From positions 1,632,001 through 1,696,000 of the forward strand of contig CAVYGN010000001.1 of the NCBI GenBank assembly GCA_963768055.1: 64,000 nucleotides of DNA. The letters run 5' to 3'. Below are positions 10,227 through 19,249 of the stretch, piece by piece (the stretch's first letter is position 1; the number at the start of each line of letters is the position of its first letter). The notes below the pieces were generated by a model. That model saw only the letters and a program-made list of their open reading frames with translations, had not been told where the DNA came from and did not search any database. This DNA is from an uncultured Spirochaetota bacterium (lineage in GTDB: Bacteria; Spirochaetota; Brevinematia; Brevinematales; JAOACQ01). The translations under genes and the position numbers were made by a program.

Positions 10227-11318
10227 TTATAAACCCCTTTTATAGATTAAATCCTTCAATTCTTCGTTATAAGCGTAAGGGCTGTCTATATCCTCGATTT
10301 TTATAGGTTCATCCCTGTTAATCGCCTTCAATAAAACTTCACCGGACATTAATTCCCGGCATGAAATCTGGCCTTTCAGCAGCGGCACTGCCATATAAAT
10401 GTCATCGTTTATCAATGCATGCTTGAGGGTGTAACCGGCCGGCAGGTCGCGTTTCGCATATACGCCCCTGACCAATCCGTCCAGATATTCTATTTCAGCT
10501 TTACTTTGAGGCCGGAAATCGCTTCCCGGAGAACCGCTCATTTCTTTTGCTTTTTTAAAGGCCTTGATCCAAGTATCGATCTGGTGAGGCTGCGAGCAAT
10601 AAGGAGAAATTTTATAGCCCTCCTCTTCAATATCGATATGTCTTTCATAAGTTCTCGCGCCCTTTGCATATGCTATCAAAATTGAAGAAGCCCAATCATG
10701 GTATTCATGGGTCGAATAACCTATAACATGATTCGGATAACGTTTTTTCAGGAAATCGATCTGGTTTAAATTCAAATCCGCATCCTCCGACGGGTATAAG
10801 GACACGCAATGATTTATTGCCAGAGGTATATTTCTGTTTTCAAAAAAAGTCACCAGATCGTCCAGATCCTTCAGGGACGCCCCGCCGATCGAAACGATAG
10901 TCGGTTTTCTGCACTTTGCCACCGCTTCAATAAGGGGCCAGTCGTTCATGTCGGAACTGGCGATTTTCAGTATTTGAACCCCCAGGTCGCTGCATAAATC
11001 GACCGATTTTTCATCAAACGGCGTGCACATTGTTATACAGCCCGATTTTCTTGTTTCTTCGATCAATTTGCCGTATTCATCGACGCTCAGTTGCGTATCC
11101 AGAGTTTTTTTTATGTATCTTATATCGTTACGGTTAACATAATCTTTATGAATAAAATTTTTCACATCCCTGAATTGAAGTTTGATAGCCGCACGGACAT
11201 TGTTAAAACGTATAATTTTAGAAAATTCACCGATTATCTTCAACCCCCTGTCGACCTTTCCCCAGTGGTTGTTTGCCAATTCCAGAACAAATAAATCTTC
11301 AAAAAGATCCCTGTTCAT
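10227..11318 (-). CDS. NeuB-like PEP-dependent (N-acetylneuraminate synthase family) enzyme with SAF domain
   Basis: ELANNH.G, TPFD, KIASSD, HCVSLYP, GYSTH, ERH, then RGVYAKRDL. Confidence 0.85.
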   Translation of the reverse strand: MNRDLFEDLFVLELANNHWGKVDRGLKIIGEFSKIIRFNNVRAAIKLQFRDVKNFIHKDYVNRNDIRYIKKTLDTQLSVDEYGKLIEETRKSGCITMCTPFDEKSVDLCSDLGVQILKIASSDMNDWPLIEAVAKCRKPTIVSIGGASLKDLDDLVTFFENRNIPLAINHCVSLYPSEDADLNLNQIDFLKKRYPNHVIGYSTHEYHDWASSILIAYAKGARTYERHIDIEEEGYKISPYCSQPHQIDTWIKAFKKAKEMSGSPGSDFRPQSKAEIEYLDGLVRGVYAKRDLPAGYTLKHALINDDIYMAVPLLKGQISCRELMSGEVLLKAINRDEPIKIEDIDSPYAYNEELKDLIYKRGL

Positions 11319-11984
11319 TTAAACCTCCAAGTTTAATAACGTAAGCAGCTGGCGCATTTTATCCAGCCTGTAATCGGGATTTTCAGAATTTAACTCTTCC
11401 CGGTCTCCATATCCCCCGTAAAAAGCGGCGCTGATGCAGCCCTTATTCCTGGCTGAACGGATATCGGCGGCTGTATCGCCGATAACTACAGTTTCTTCCC
11501 CTTCTATCTGCCATTTATCAAGCAAATCCTGTATTATATCATCCTTTGAATCGTAACTTTTTACCCCGCCGCTCGCGGTAAAAACATCCTGGAAAAAGCC
11601 TCTCAGTCCGAATTTAACCAGTAGCCTTTCCGTCGGAATAAAAGGTTTATTGGTCGCGACAAATATCTTCTTTTTATTATGAACGATTCTTAAAATTTCT
11701 TCAACACCGGGATATATACGTGAGAAAGGATAATCAGACGTATCATAGCCTGTCCTGAAACCCGATAAAATTTTTTCCCTCATTTCAATCGATAAATCCG
11801 GGTCGATATTTTCGATCATTTTCTTTACCGGCGGTCCTATACGCAGCTTCTTTTTATTCTCCTCGCTTAAAATAAAACCGTTTTTATAAAAAGAAGATAC
11901 GATCGTATCGATAATATCCTGCGCAGTATCTATCAAAGTCCCGTCAAGATCGAAGACAAGGTTCTTTATTTTTATTCCGTTCAT
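11319..11984 (-). CDS. HAD family phosphatase
   Basis: FDLDGTLIDT, ATNK and IGDT..DI motifs; start taken as ATG at 11984. Confidence 0.85.
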   Translation of the reverse strand: MNGIKIKNLVFDLDGTLIDTAQDIIDTIVSSFYKNGFILSEENKKKLRIGPPVKKMIENIDPDLSIEMREKILSGFRTGYDTSDYPFSRIYPGVEEILRIVHNKKKIFVATNKPFIPTERLLVKFGLRGFFQDVFTASGGVKSYDSKDDIIQDLLDKWQIEGEETVVIGDTAADIRSARNKGCISAAFYGGYGDREELNSENPDYRLDKMRQLLTLLNLEV

Positions 11985-11988
11985 AGAG

Positions 11989-12870
11989 TTACTTGTCAAT
12001 GAGCAATTTATTGCGGTCGATAGCCGGCTTGTTATTTTCATAGTAAGCCATCAAATCTTTAATAGAATCATCAAGGGGGGTAAATCCAAGATTTTTCATC
12101 TCTTTCTTCAATCTGAAGTTGTCGCCGCTATATTCCATACCCATTCCCGGCAAAGCGGCCCGGATCGGAATATTCTTGCCGGACAATTTTAATATTTTAC
12201 CGGCTATATCCAGCAATTCGACAGCGCTGTCGGGAGTCACATTATAGGCGTGGAACAAAGGGGTTTCTTCGATGAAATATTCCAGGACCGGCATCAAATC
12301 GTCAATATACAGATAATCGAAACGCCTGTTTTGATTCATTGTCATAGGCAGGCCGAATATCGCTTTGCAGATCATATTCGAAATAAACCGGATGGCATAA
12401 TCCTCATATTTACCGAAGATCCCGAATATCCTTAAATCGTAAATATTACCGCCTCTTTCAATAAACCGGTCGATAACATATTTGGAGAGCCCATGTTCGT
12501 CAAGCGGTACGTGCGTGCCGGCGTATTCTTCTTTCATTTTCGGCTGATAGTATCTCATATCGTAAACCGCCCCCGAACCCGTGACGATCATCTTGCTGTA
12601 ATAATCGGCGTTGCGGGCCAGGTTGAAGAAGATCCTCGTATTGGTATAAAAGATCCCGGCGGGGTCCTTCGCGTTCCTGTGCCCGGGCTTTGCCGCCGCA
12701 TGGATTATAACATCTATTTTATTATTTTTGATATAATCCCTGACCGAATTTTCATCCATAAGCTCGAGTTCCTTATGGCCCGGCGCTTTGATAGTATACT
12801 TGCGGGCGAGGGCGGATTCCAGTATGTTCCTGCCGATAAATCCGCTGCCCCCGGTCAGAAATATATTCAT
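11989..12870 (-). CDS. NAD-dependent epimerase/dehydratase (sugar reductase)
   Basis: TGGSGFIG Rossmann motif; HGLSK in place of YxxxK. Confidence 0.85.
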   Translation of the reverse strand: MNIFLTGGSGFIGRNILESALARKYTIKAPGHKELELMDENSVRDYIKNNKIDVIIHAAAKPGHRNAKDPAGIFYTNTRIFFNLARNADYYSKMIVTGSGAVYDMRYYQPKMKEEYAGTHVPLDEHGLSKYVIDRFIERGGNIYDLRIFGIFGKYEDYAIRFISNMICKAIFGLPMTMNQNRRFDYLYIDDLMPVLEYFIEETPLFHAYNVTPDSAVELLDIAGKILKLSGKNIPIRAALPGMGMEYSGDNFRLKKEMKNLGFTPLDDSIKDLMAYYENNKPAIDRNKLLIDK

Positions 12871-12880
12871 CTTTATACCT

Positions 12881-13579
12881 TCATTCCCATTCGTCGGTCC
12901 TGACGAATACTTCAGGGACTCCTTTATCGAGCATGTACCGCTTAAAATTAAGGGTCATGACCGGAGGCCCTGAAATAAAGAACACAGAGCCGGCAGAGCC
13001 GGCGGGGTTTTCGTTCAAAATCCTTGCTATATCGAGCATGCCCTTGTCTTCCTGGTCTATTATAAAAGCCCGGAATGACGGATTGATCTCTTTCGCTTTT
13101 GCAATCTCTTTATCATATATATAATAATCTTTCGACCGAACGCCTAAATAAAGCCTCGGATTTGCATACTCCGCGAACAGGCCGCTTGTAAAAAGGGAAA
13201 GGAAAGGCGTAACGCCGGTGCCTCCCGCTATAAATACGGTTTTATCTTTAGAATGGGGCCTGCTGAAAAGCTCTCCGTAAGGCAATTTAAGCCACAGGTT
13301 TTTTCCTGCAGCGATCTCTCCGGCCATCCTTCCGGTAAAAACCCCTTTTACAGAATAAGTGATTTTAATCATACTGTCGCTCTCGCAGGTCTGCATGGAG
13401 AAACACCTGGACTCGGGCCATGGGGCGGACGGGTCGTATTTATCCAGCGCAAGGTGGAGGAATTGGCCGGGCAGGTATTTATAGGGTTTATCCAGGCTCC
13501 GCATCGACAATGTGAATATTCCCGGAAAATGCGGGGTAACGCACTCGACCCGGGAAAGGTATTTTTTTATAATCGCCAT
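12881..13579 (-). CDS. FAD/NAD(P)H oxidoreductase (FNR-like), possible E3/DdhD partner lacking the ferredoxin domain
   Basis: PGQF, RCFS, AGGTGVTPF, SGPP; directly after rfbH; no 2Fe-2S Cys motif. Confidence 0.75.
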   Translation of the reverse strand: MAIIKKYLSRVECVTPHFPGIFTLSMRSLDKPYKYLPGQFLHLALDKYDPSAPWPESRCFSMQTCESDSMIKITYSVKGVFTGRMAGEIAAGKNLWLKLPYGELFSRPHSKDKTVFIAGGTGVTPFLSLFTSGLFAEYANPRLYLGVRSKDYYIYDKEIAKAKEINPSFRAFIIDQEDKGMLDIARILNENPAGSAGSVFFISGPPVMTLNFKRYMLDKGVPEVFVRTDEWE

Positions 13580-13581
13580 AT

Positions 13582-14886
13582 CTAACCCGTGTAATCTTTC
13601 ATAAAGTCGTTTACCGCGCTTTCTATGTACCGGAGCATATCCTCCGTCATGCCCGGGTATGTGCCCAGGAAAAAGGTATTGTTCATTATATAATCGGTAT
13701 TTACAAGGCTTCCCGCAGTCCTGTAATTGACCCCCTCGAAAAAAGGCTGCCTCGTCATATTTCCCGCGAAAAGATAACGGGTTTCGATGAGTTTTTCGTT
13801 CAAATGCCTTACCAGTGCGTCCCTTTTAAAGGGGGTCCCTTCCTTTAAAGTTACGATATACGCGAACCATGCCGGGTCGGAGTTTTCCGAGGCCTCGGGG
13901 ATTATAAAATATTTGTCGTACCTTCCGAAGATCCGGCAGTACGATTTGAAATTTTTCTTTCTTTTCTCGCAGAAATCCTTAAGCCTGTCCATCTGGGCGC
14001 TTCCTATGGCCGCCTGTATATCCGTCATCTTCAGGTTATAGCCGGCCTCCGAATAAACATATTTATGATCGTAACCCTCCGGCAGGGTCCCGAACTTCTG
14101 GCTGAACCTTTTTCCGCATGTATTGTTCTCGCCGCTGCCGCAGTAGCAGTCCCTTCCCCAATCCCGGAGCGACCTGATTATCCTGGCCAGTTCGTCGTCA
14201 TTAGTGACTACAGCCCCTCCCTCTCCCGTCGTTATATGATGGGCGGGATAAAATGATATAGTCGACATATGCCCGAACGTACCGGTATACATGCCCTTGT
14301 AAGTACTTCCGAAAGAGTCGCAATTGTCCTCGATCAGCCAGAGGCTGTTCTTTTTGCATATATCCGTTACGGCGTCTAAATTATACGGATTGCCGAGAGT
14401 ATGCGCCAAAAAAACGCACCTGGTTTTCGGGCCTAAGGCCTTCTCCAGCATTTCAATATTTATATTGTATGTGCCCAGGTCGACATCCGCAAAAACAGGG
14501 ATCAGACCGTTCTGGATAACGGGCGTAACTGTGGCCGGAAAGCCTGCCGCCACGGAAATAACCTCGTCTCCGGCCTTAAGCCTTTTATCGCCCAATCTTT
14601 TCGAAGTCAGGGCCGTAAGGGCAAGAAGGTTCGCCGAGGAACCGGAATTGGTAAGTATGACATTGGAAACCTGCAGAAAATCCGATATCTTTTCGGAAAA
14701 TTCCTCCGCGAAACGGCCTTCGGTCAGCCAGAAATCCAGGCTGGCCTCTATGAGTTTCAGCATTTCCCTCTCGTCAAAAACCCTTCCCGCGTACCTGACG
14801 ATATCCTTACCGGGCATGAATTTCCTGTTTTTATAATTATCTTCATAATAGCGTTTTACAAGCCCGGAGATTTCACTATCCAGCAT
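13582..14886 (-). CDS. rfbH: CDP-4-keto-6-deoxyglucose 3-dehydrase (E1)
   Basis: NSGSSANLLA, SFYPAHHITTGEGG (His in place of Lys), RDWGRDCYC....NTC, YDHKY. Confidence 0.95.
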   Translation of the reverse strand: MLDSEISGLVKRYYEDNYKNRKFMPGKDIVRYAGRVFDEREMLKLIEASLDFWLTEGRFAEEFSEKISDFLQVSNVILTNSGSSANLLALTALTSKRLGDKRLKAGDEVISVAAGFPATVTPVIQNGLIPVFADVDLGTYNINIEMLEKALGPKTRCVFLAHTLGNPYNLDAVTDICKKNSLWLIEDNCDSFGSTYKGMYTGTFGHMSTISFYPAHHITTGEGGAVVTNDDELARIIRSLRDWGRDCYCGSGENNTCGKRFSQKFGTLPEGYDHKYVYSEAGYNLKMTDIQAAIGSAQMDRLKDFCEKRKKNFKSYCRIFGRYDKYFIIPEASENSDPAWFAYIVTLKEGTPFKRDALVRHLNEKLIETRYLFAGNMTRQPFFEGVNYRTAGSLVNTDYIMNNTFFLGTYPGMTEDMLRYIESAVNDFMKDYTG

Positions 14887-14899
14887 CGATGCTTCCCCC

Positions 14900-17239
14900 T
14901 TATTCCAGCTTTTTATAATAAAACATAGTCCCTGTCCTGTCTGCTATTTTATAATTCTTATCAAGCAAAGTCTTTATAAATGAAAAATAATTATCGTCGA
15001 CCGGCGAAAGATCGTCGAGGAACACTTTCGGCCTTGAGGTTTCAAGAATGCTGCTAAGCCTCCCGGCGTCGTCTCGGGTAAATAATTCAATAAAACCCGG
15101 ATTAAAAGCGGATATTGTCCTGCTGTCGTTCAAATACATTCCTTCGAAACTCCTGGAGAGGACGATGATTTTTTCACCCCTGGCCGCATATTTTTTTATG
15201 AAAGCTATATTATCTTTAAGGAAGTCGCCCCCGCCGGAAGGAATTTTAGAAAACTCGAATACGCAGTTCCTTTTGAAAATCAGGTCGTAGATACCTCCCG
15301 AATTCGAGAAAATATCGATAAATGAAAACGAAAGAATGAAAATAATAGTCCCCGCAAAAAAAGCGGCGGATATATGACGGGACCTTTTTATTTCGGACAA
15401 AAGAAGGTCGGCGAATATGGCTATTAAAATAAAAAAATAGCTCCATACGTTGACAAGGTTCCAGTTATGGCTTCTTCCCCCATAGTAAACGAAGGTTCCC
15501 GTCCCGACAAGGCTTACAAGGAAGATAATCGCCGCATTTTTGTCGATCCTGTTGTTAATAAAAGCTGCAAAAGCATAAAGAAAACCGATTAGGTAAGTTA
15601 AAACTACTATATTCCAGGGGTGAAGAAGCGGCATCGGAAGCATACCGAAACCCAGGCCCGAAAAAAGGGAAATTGTTGAAAACATTTTCATTAAATCGGG
15701 GAAACTCCCGTAAAACAAGCGGATTGAAAGAGAGTATAATGCTAAAGAAATAAAGAGGATCAAGGCCGCGTTTATAAAATGAAGAATTATCCTGATTGCG
15801 GTTTTCTTAAAATCCAGGTTTTCCAGTTCCAGGTAGCATAAATAAAACAGCCATGATAAGAAAACGACAGTCCCTGTATCCGGGTTCCATAAAACCGAGA
15901 TTGAAGATAATATGAAAGAAAGATAATAAAGCCGTTTTTTCCTGTATTCAAAATATAAGGCTGAAATCATCAAAAGCAGCATGGGGAAGATAAACCTCAA
16001 GGGATGATACTGGAAATAAAAATCCCATGTCATTATTTTGCCGAAAAGATAGCCGAGAAACACGATCGAAGTGAAGCATAAAAAGACAATCGTCCTGTTA
16101 TCGATAATTTTATGCAGAAAAATCAAAAGGAACCCGAAAGACAGGCACAGCAGGACTGACATCACGATAGAAAAGCTAAGAATGGAGAGGCCGGTTAGGT
16201 TGAACAGGGGGACCAGAAATTGGGGATACAGACCGTAAGTATTTGTAAAACCGCTGACAAGCAGCGGAACGCCGGCGGCGGCCTGAGTCACGGAATAATA
16301 TACCGCGGAGAAGCTCCAGAGCGAGTTGAACATTCTTTCGGCGTCGAATTTAGTCATGAGATTTATAAAATTGAAATCGATATTAAATATGTTAATAGCC
16401 GGAATCAGGAGAAATATATATGCATAAACAGCAGAAAAAACAATTTTTAAACCCCTGTTTATCTTTCCATCAGCGGGATATTTCATTAAAAAGAAAAATA
16501 TTGCCGGGAATATTATTAGGCTGTAAATAGAAAACTGCAGGTATGGCAGGGATTTTAAAAAATAGAACTGGACGTTAAGAAGATTATGGTCGGGATCGCT
16601 GTGAAGGAGCCCTGCCAGGGCGAGACCCAGGAATGCCGGAAAGCTTGCCGGAAAGGCGATCGAAAATATCCGCCCGGTATTTTTACTGCTTTGTTTGCTA
16701 AAAACGGTTTTAAAAAAAATGTAAAAAACAAATGCAAATACAGGCAACAGGATAAGCCCTGTACCGAAGATCAATCTTTCAAGGGGCTTGGGCTGAAAAA
16801 TCCCGGGATCCAGGATCGATACTTCGGATGCTTTTTTCAGGATCGCCCCGATATCGGGATGGTAGAATTTTGTAATTATGAAAGCGATTATGATAAATAA
16901 TAAAATAGCCGAACACAGGCTGAATATAAAGTATAGGTATTCTCTTTTAAATCCGGTTAAGTCTTCGGGATCCGCAGGCGGGGTTTTAAATCCCGGCAGT
17001 TTTATAAATTGAAAAAACAGGGCCCATAAAAAAAGAATAGCCCCGAATTTAACGCTTTCCCAGCCCAGGGTCTTCAATTTATCCGCCCAATCGGCAGCCG
17101 CCGCTTTGCCTTTAAGCAATGAGCCGCCGTGAAGCAGCAGGCTTGAGAAATCCCTGTCGTTGATAACGGCGAGACCCAGAAGAAGAAAAAGGAATCCTGC
17201 AAGGAACAGGAAAACGCTGCGAGGTTTGATCACAATCAT
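14900..17239 (-). CDS. Large polytopic membrane protein (possible GT-C-like or polysaccharide modification protein)
   Basis: Many hydrophobic helices; lies within the sugar operon; start uncertain (17239/17260/17302). Confidence 0.6.
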   Translation of the reverse strand: MIVIKPRSVFLFLAGFLFLLLGLAVINDRDFSSLLLHGGSLLKGKAAAADWADKLKTLGWESVKFGAILFLWALFFQFIKLPGFKTPPADPEDLTGFKREYLYFIFSLCSAILLFIIIAFIITKFYHPDIGAILKKASEVSILDPGIFQPKPLERLIFGTGLILLPVFAFVFYIFFKTVFSKQSSKNTGRIFSIAFPASFPAFLGLALAGLLHSDPDHNLLNVQFYFLKSLPYLQFSIYSLIIFPAIFFFLMKYPADGKINRGLKIVFSAVYAYIFLLIPAINIFNIDFNFINLMTKFDAERMFNSLWSFSAVYYSVTQAAAGVPLLVSGFTNTYGLYPQFLVPLFNLTGLSILSFSIVMSVLLCLSFGFLLIFLHKIIDNRTIVFLCFTSIVFLGYLFGKIMTWDFYFQYHPLRFIFPMLLLMISALYFEYRKKRLYYLSFILSSISVLWNPDTGTVVFLSWLFYLCYLELENLDFKKTAIRIILHFINAALILFISLALYSLSIRLFYGSFPDLMKMFSTISLFSGLGFGMLPMPLLHPWNIVVLTYLIGFLYAFAAFINNRIDKNAAIIFLVSLVGTGTFVYYGGRSHNWNLVNVWSYFFILIAIFADLLLSEIKRSRHISAAFFAGTIIFILSFSFIDIFSNSGGIYDLIFKRNCVFEFSKIPSGGGDFLKDNIAFIKKYAARGEKIIVLSRSFEGMYLNDSRTISAFNPGFIELFTRDDAGRLSSILETSRPKVFLDDLSPVDDNYFSFIKTLLDKNYKIADRTGTMFYYKKLE

Positions 17240-17240
17240 A

Positions 17241-18314
17241 TTAATGCCCGCTATTTTCATATTCTTCAATCTGTTTAAGGCTGACTTCAAGCATGTCTTC
17301 ATTATTCCGGTAAGCTTTTATCCAGCCGACTATTTTATCGATAGCCGTTTCAAGCTTCCAGCGCGGGCGCCAGTCTAGTTTATGCCTGGCCTTGGTGCAA
17401 TCAAGCTTCAGATATCCGGCTTCATGGGGCCCTTCGCCTGAAACTATCCTGTATCGGGCGCCTTCGCCCCATTTTTCACAGATTTTTTTTACTATCCATT
17501 CAACCTGCCTGGCGTCTTCATCGTCGGGCCCGAAATTCCAAGCCTCGGCGTAAAGCGGCCCTTCCTCATAGAGATTTTTTGAAAGCTGAAGGTAGCCTTG
17601 AAGCGGTTCCAGGACATGCTGCCAGGGCCGTATTGCAGCCGGATTTCTTATCAGTATCTCTTCGCCCTTTAAAATCGCCCTGACGATATCCGGTACCAGC
17701 CTGTCAACGGCCCAATCGCCGCCGCCGATAACGTTCCCGGCCCTTGCCGAGGCAATTGCAGTTTTATGGGATTTCCCGTAACCGGCAGGGTTGAAATATG
17801 AATTGCCGTATGCAGATACGACCAGCTCCGCGCAGGCCTTGCTGGAACTGTAAGGGTCGTACCCCCCGAGACGGTCGGACTCCCTGTATCCGTACACCCA
17901 TTCCCTGTTTGAATAACATTTATCGGTAGTTACAATAACGGCCGATCTTACGCTTTCGGTTTCCCTGACGGCTTCGAGGATATTGACTGTGCCGATCACG
18001 TTGGTTTCATAAGTCAGTTTGGGCTCCCTGTACGACTCGAGAACGAGGGGCTGGGCGGCCATATGGAAAACGATCTCGGGTTTCATCCCGGCCATCAGCC
18101 GCTTGAGGTTTTTATCGTCAAGGATGTTCCCTATATTGTGGTTGATAAATTTTTTCAATCCCGATATTTCGAAAAGCGAAGGGTCGGTGGGCGGTTCAAG
18201 GGACAGACCTGTAACCTCGGCGCCCATTTTATTCAGCCACATGCATAGCCATGAACCCTTAAAACCCGTATGCCCGGTTACAAATACCCTTCTGCCCCTG
18301 AAAAAATCATTCAT
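17241..18314 (-). CDS. rfbG: CDP-glucose 4,6-dehydratase
   Basis: VTGHTGFKGSWL, AAQPLV, TTDKCY, YSSSK, RAGNVIGGGDW, RPWQHVLEPL. Confidence 0.97.
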   Translation of the reverse strand: MNDFFRGRRVFVTGHTGFKGSWLCMWLNKMGAEVTGLSLEPPTDPSLFEISGLKKFINHNIGNILDDKNLKRLMAGMKPEIVFHMAAQPLVLESYREPKLTYETNVIGTVNILEAVRETESVRSAVIVTTDKCYSNREWVYGYRESDRLGGYDPYSSSKACAELVVSAYGNSYFNPAGYGKSHKTAIASARAGNVIGGGDWAVDRLVPDIVRAILKGEEILIRNPAAIRPWQHVLEPLQGYLQLSKNLYEEGPLYAEAWNFGPDDEDARQVEWIVKKICEKWGEGARYRIVSGEGPHEAGYLKLDCTKARHKLDWRPRWKLETAIDKIVGWIKAYRNNEDMLEVSLKQIEEYENSGH

Positions 18315-19092
18315 TCCAGACCTTCCAGCCGGCATTTCCGGAATTCCAGAGATTTTCGAGATCGATCTTGTCCCTGAGCGTATCCATCGGTTTCCAGAAT
18401 CCATGGTGCTTATAGGCCATCAGATGCTTATCTCCGGCGAGCCTTTCGAGGGGTTCGTGTTCCCAGATAGTCGAGTCCCCTTCTATGTAATCGAAAATCT
18501 GCGGTTCGAGAACAAAAAAGCCCCCGCTAACCCAGGCCCCGTCGCCCCTCGGCTTTTCCTCGAAAGAAAGGACATGGCCGCCGTCGTCAAGGTTAAGGGC
18601 GCCGAAACGCCCTGAAGGCTGTACCGTCGTCAGGGTTGCGTATCTTCCATGATCTTTGTGGAATTTTAAAAGTCCGGGAATATCGATACAGGCGACCCCG
18701 TCTCCGTAAGTCATCATGAAGGTCTCGTTTTCGAGGTATTTCCGGACCCTTTTGATCCTTCCCCCGGTCATGGTGCTCTGCCCGGTATCGATGAGCGTTA
18801 CATTCCAGGGCTCCACGTTTGTCTGATGGATTTTGATCGAGTTCTCCTTTAGATCTAAAGTTACATCGGACCTGTGAAGATAATAATTTGCAAAATATTC
18901 CTTGATCATGTAACCCTTATAGCCAAGGCAGATAATAAAATCGTTAAAGCCGAAATGTGAATATATTTTTAAGATGTGCCATAGAATAGGCTGGCCGCCG
19001 ATTTCAACCATGGGTTTCGGCCGCAGTTCTGTTTCCTCGGTAAGCCGGGTCCCGAGACCGCCGGCCAGTATCACTACTTTCACACAATTCAC
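18307..19092 (-). CDS. rfbF: Glucose-1-phosphate cytidylyltransferase
   Basis: ILAGGLGTRLTEET..RPKPMVEIG, TMTGGRIKR, TYGDG, GFW.PMDTLRDK; start probably GTG at 19083. Confidence 0.97.
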   Translation of the reverse strand: MNCVKVVILAGGLGTRLTEETELRPKPMVEIGGQPILWHILKIYSHFGFNDFIICLGYKGYMIKEYFANYYLHRSDVTLDLKENSIKIHQTNVEPWNVTLIDTGQSTMTGGRIKRVRKYLENETFMMTYGDGVACIDIPGLLKFHKDHGRYATLTTVQPSGRFGALNLDDGGHVLSFEEKPRGDGAWVSGGFFVLEPQIFDYIEGDSTIWEHEPLERLAGDKHLMAYKHHGFWKPMDTLRDKIDLENLWNSGNAGWKVWNE

Positions 19093-19160
19093 CTGTTCCG
19101 TTAGGTTTGATAATACACCTAATTATATGCCGATTATCATGATAAGTCAAGAACCTGTCA

Positions 19161-19248
19161 GGAGGATTTCTCGGAGCTGCGCTCCTCGAAATGACGGAGC
19201 GACTGTCATTTCGAACGCAGTGTTCGTCCTGTAAGGAAGAAATCCTCC
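19161..19248. repeat. Palindromic REP-like element
   Basis: GGAGGATTTCT...AGAAATCCTCC outer stem with inner TCGAAATGAC/GTCATTTCGA stem. Confidence 0.6.
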
Positions 19249-19249
19249 C

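Noticed and set aside
10227..11318. Canonical sialic or legionaminic acid pathway
   Set aside because: No CMP-transferase, epimerase or acetyltransferase is adjacent in this window, though they could lie elsewhere.
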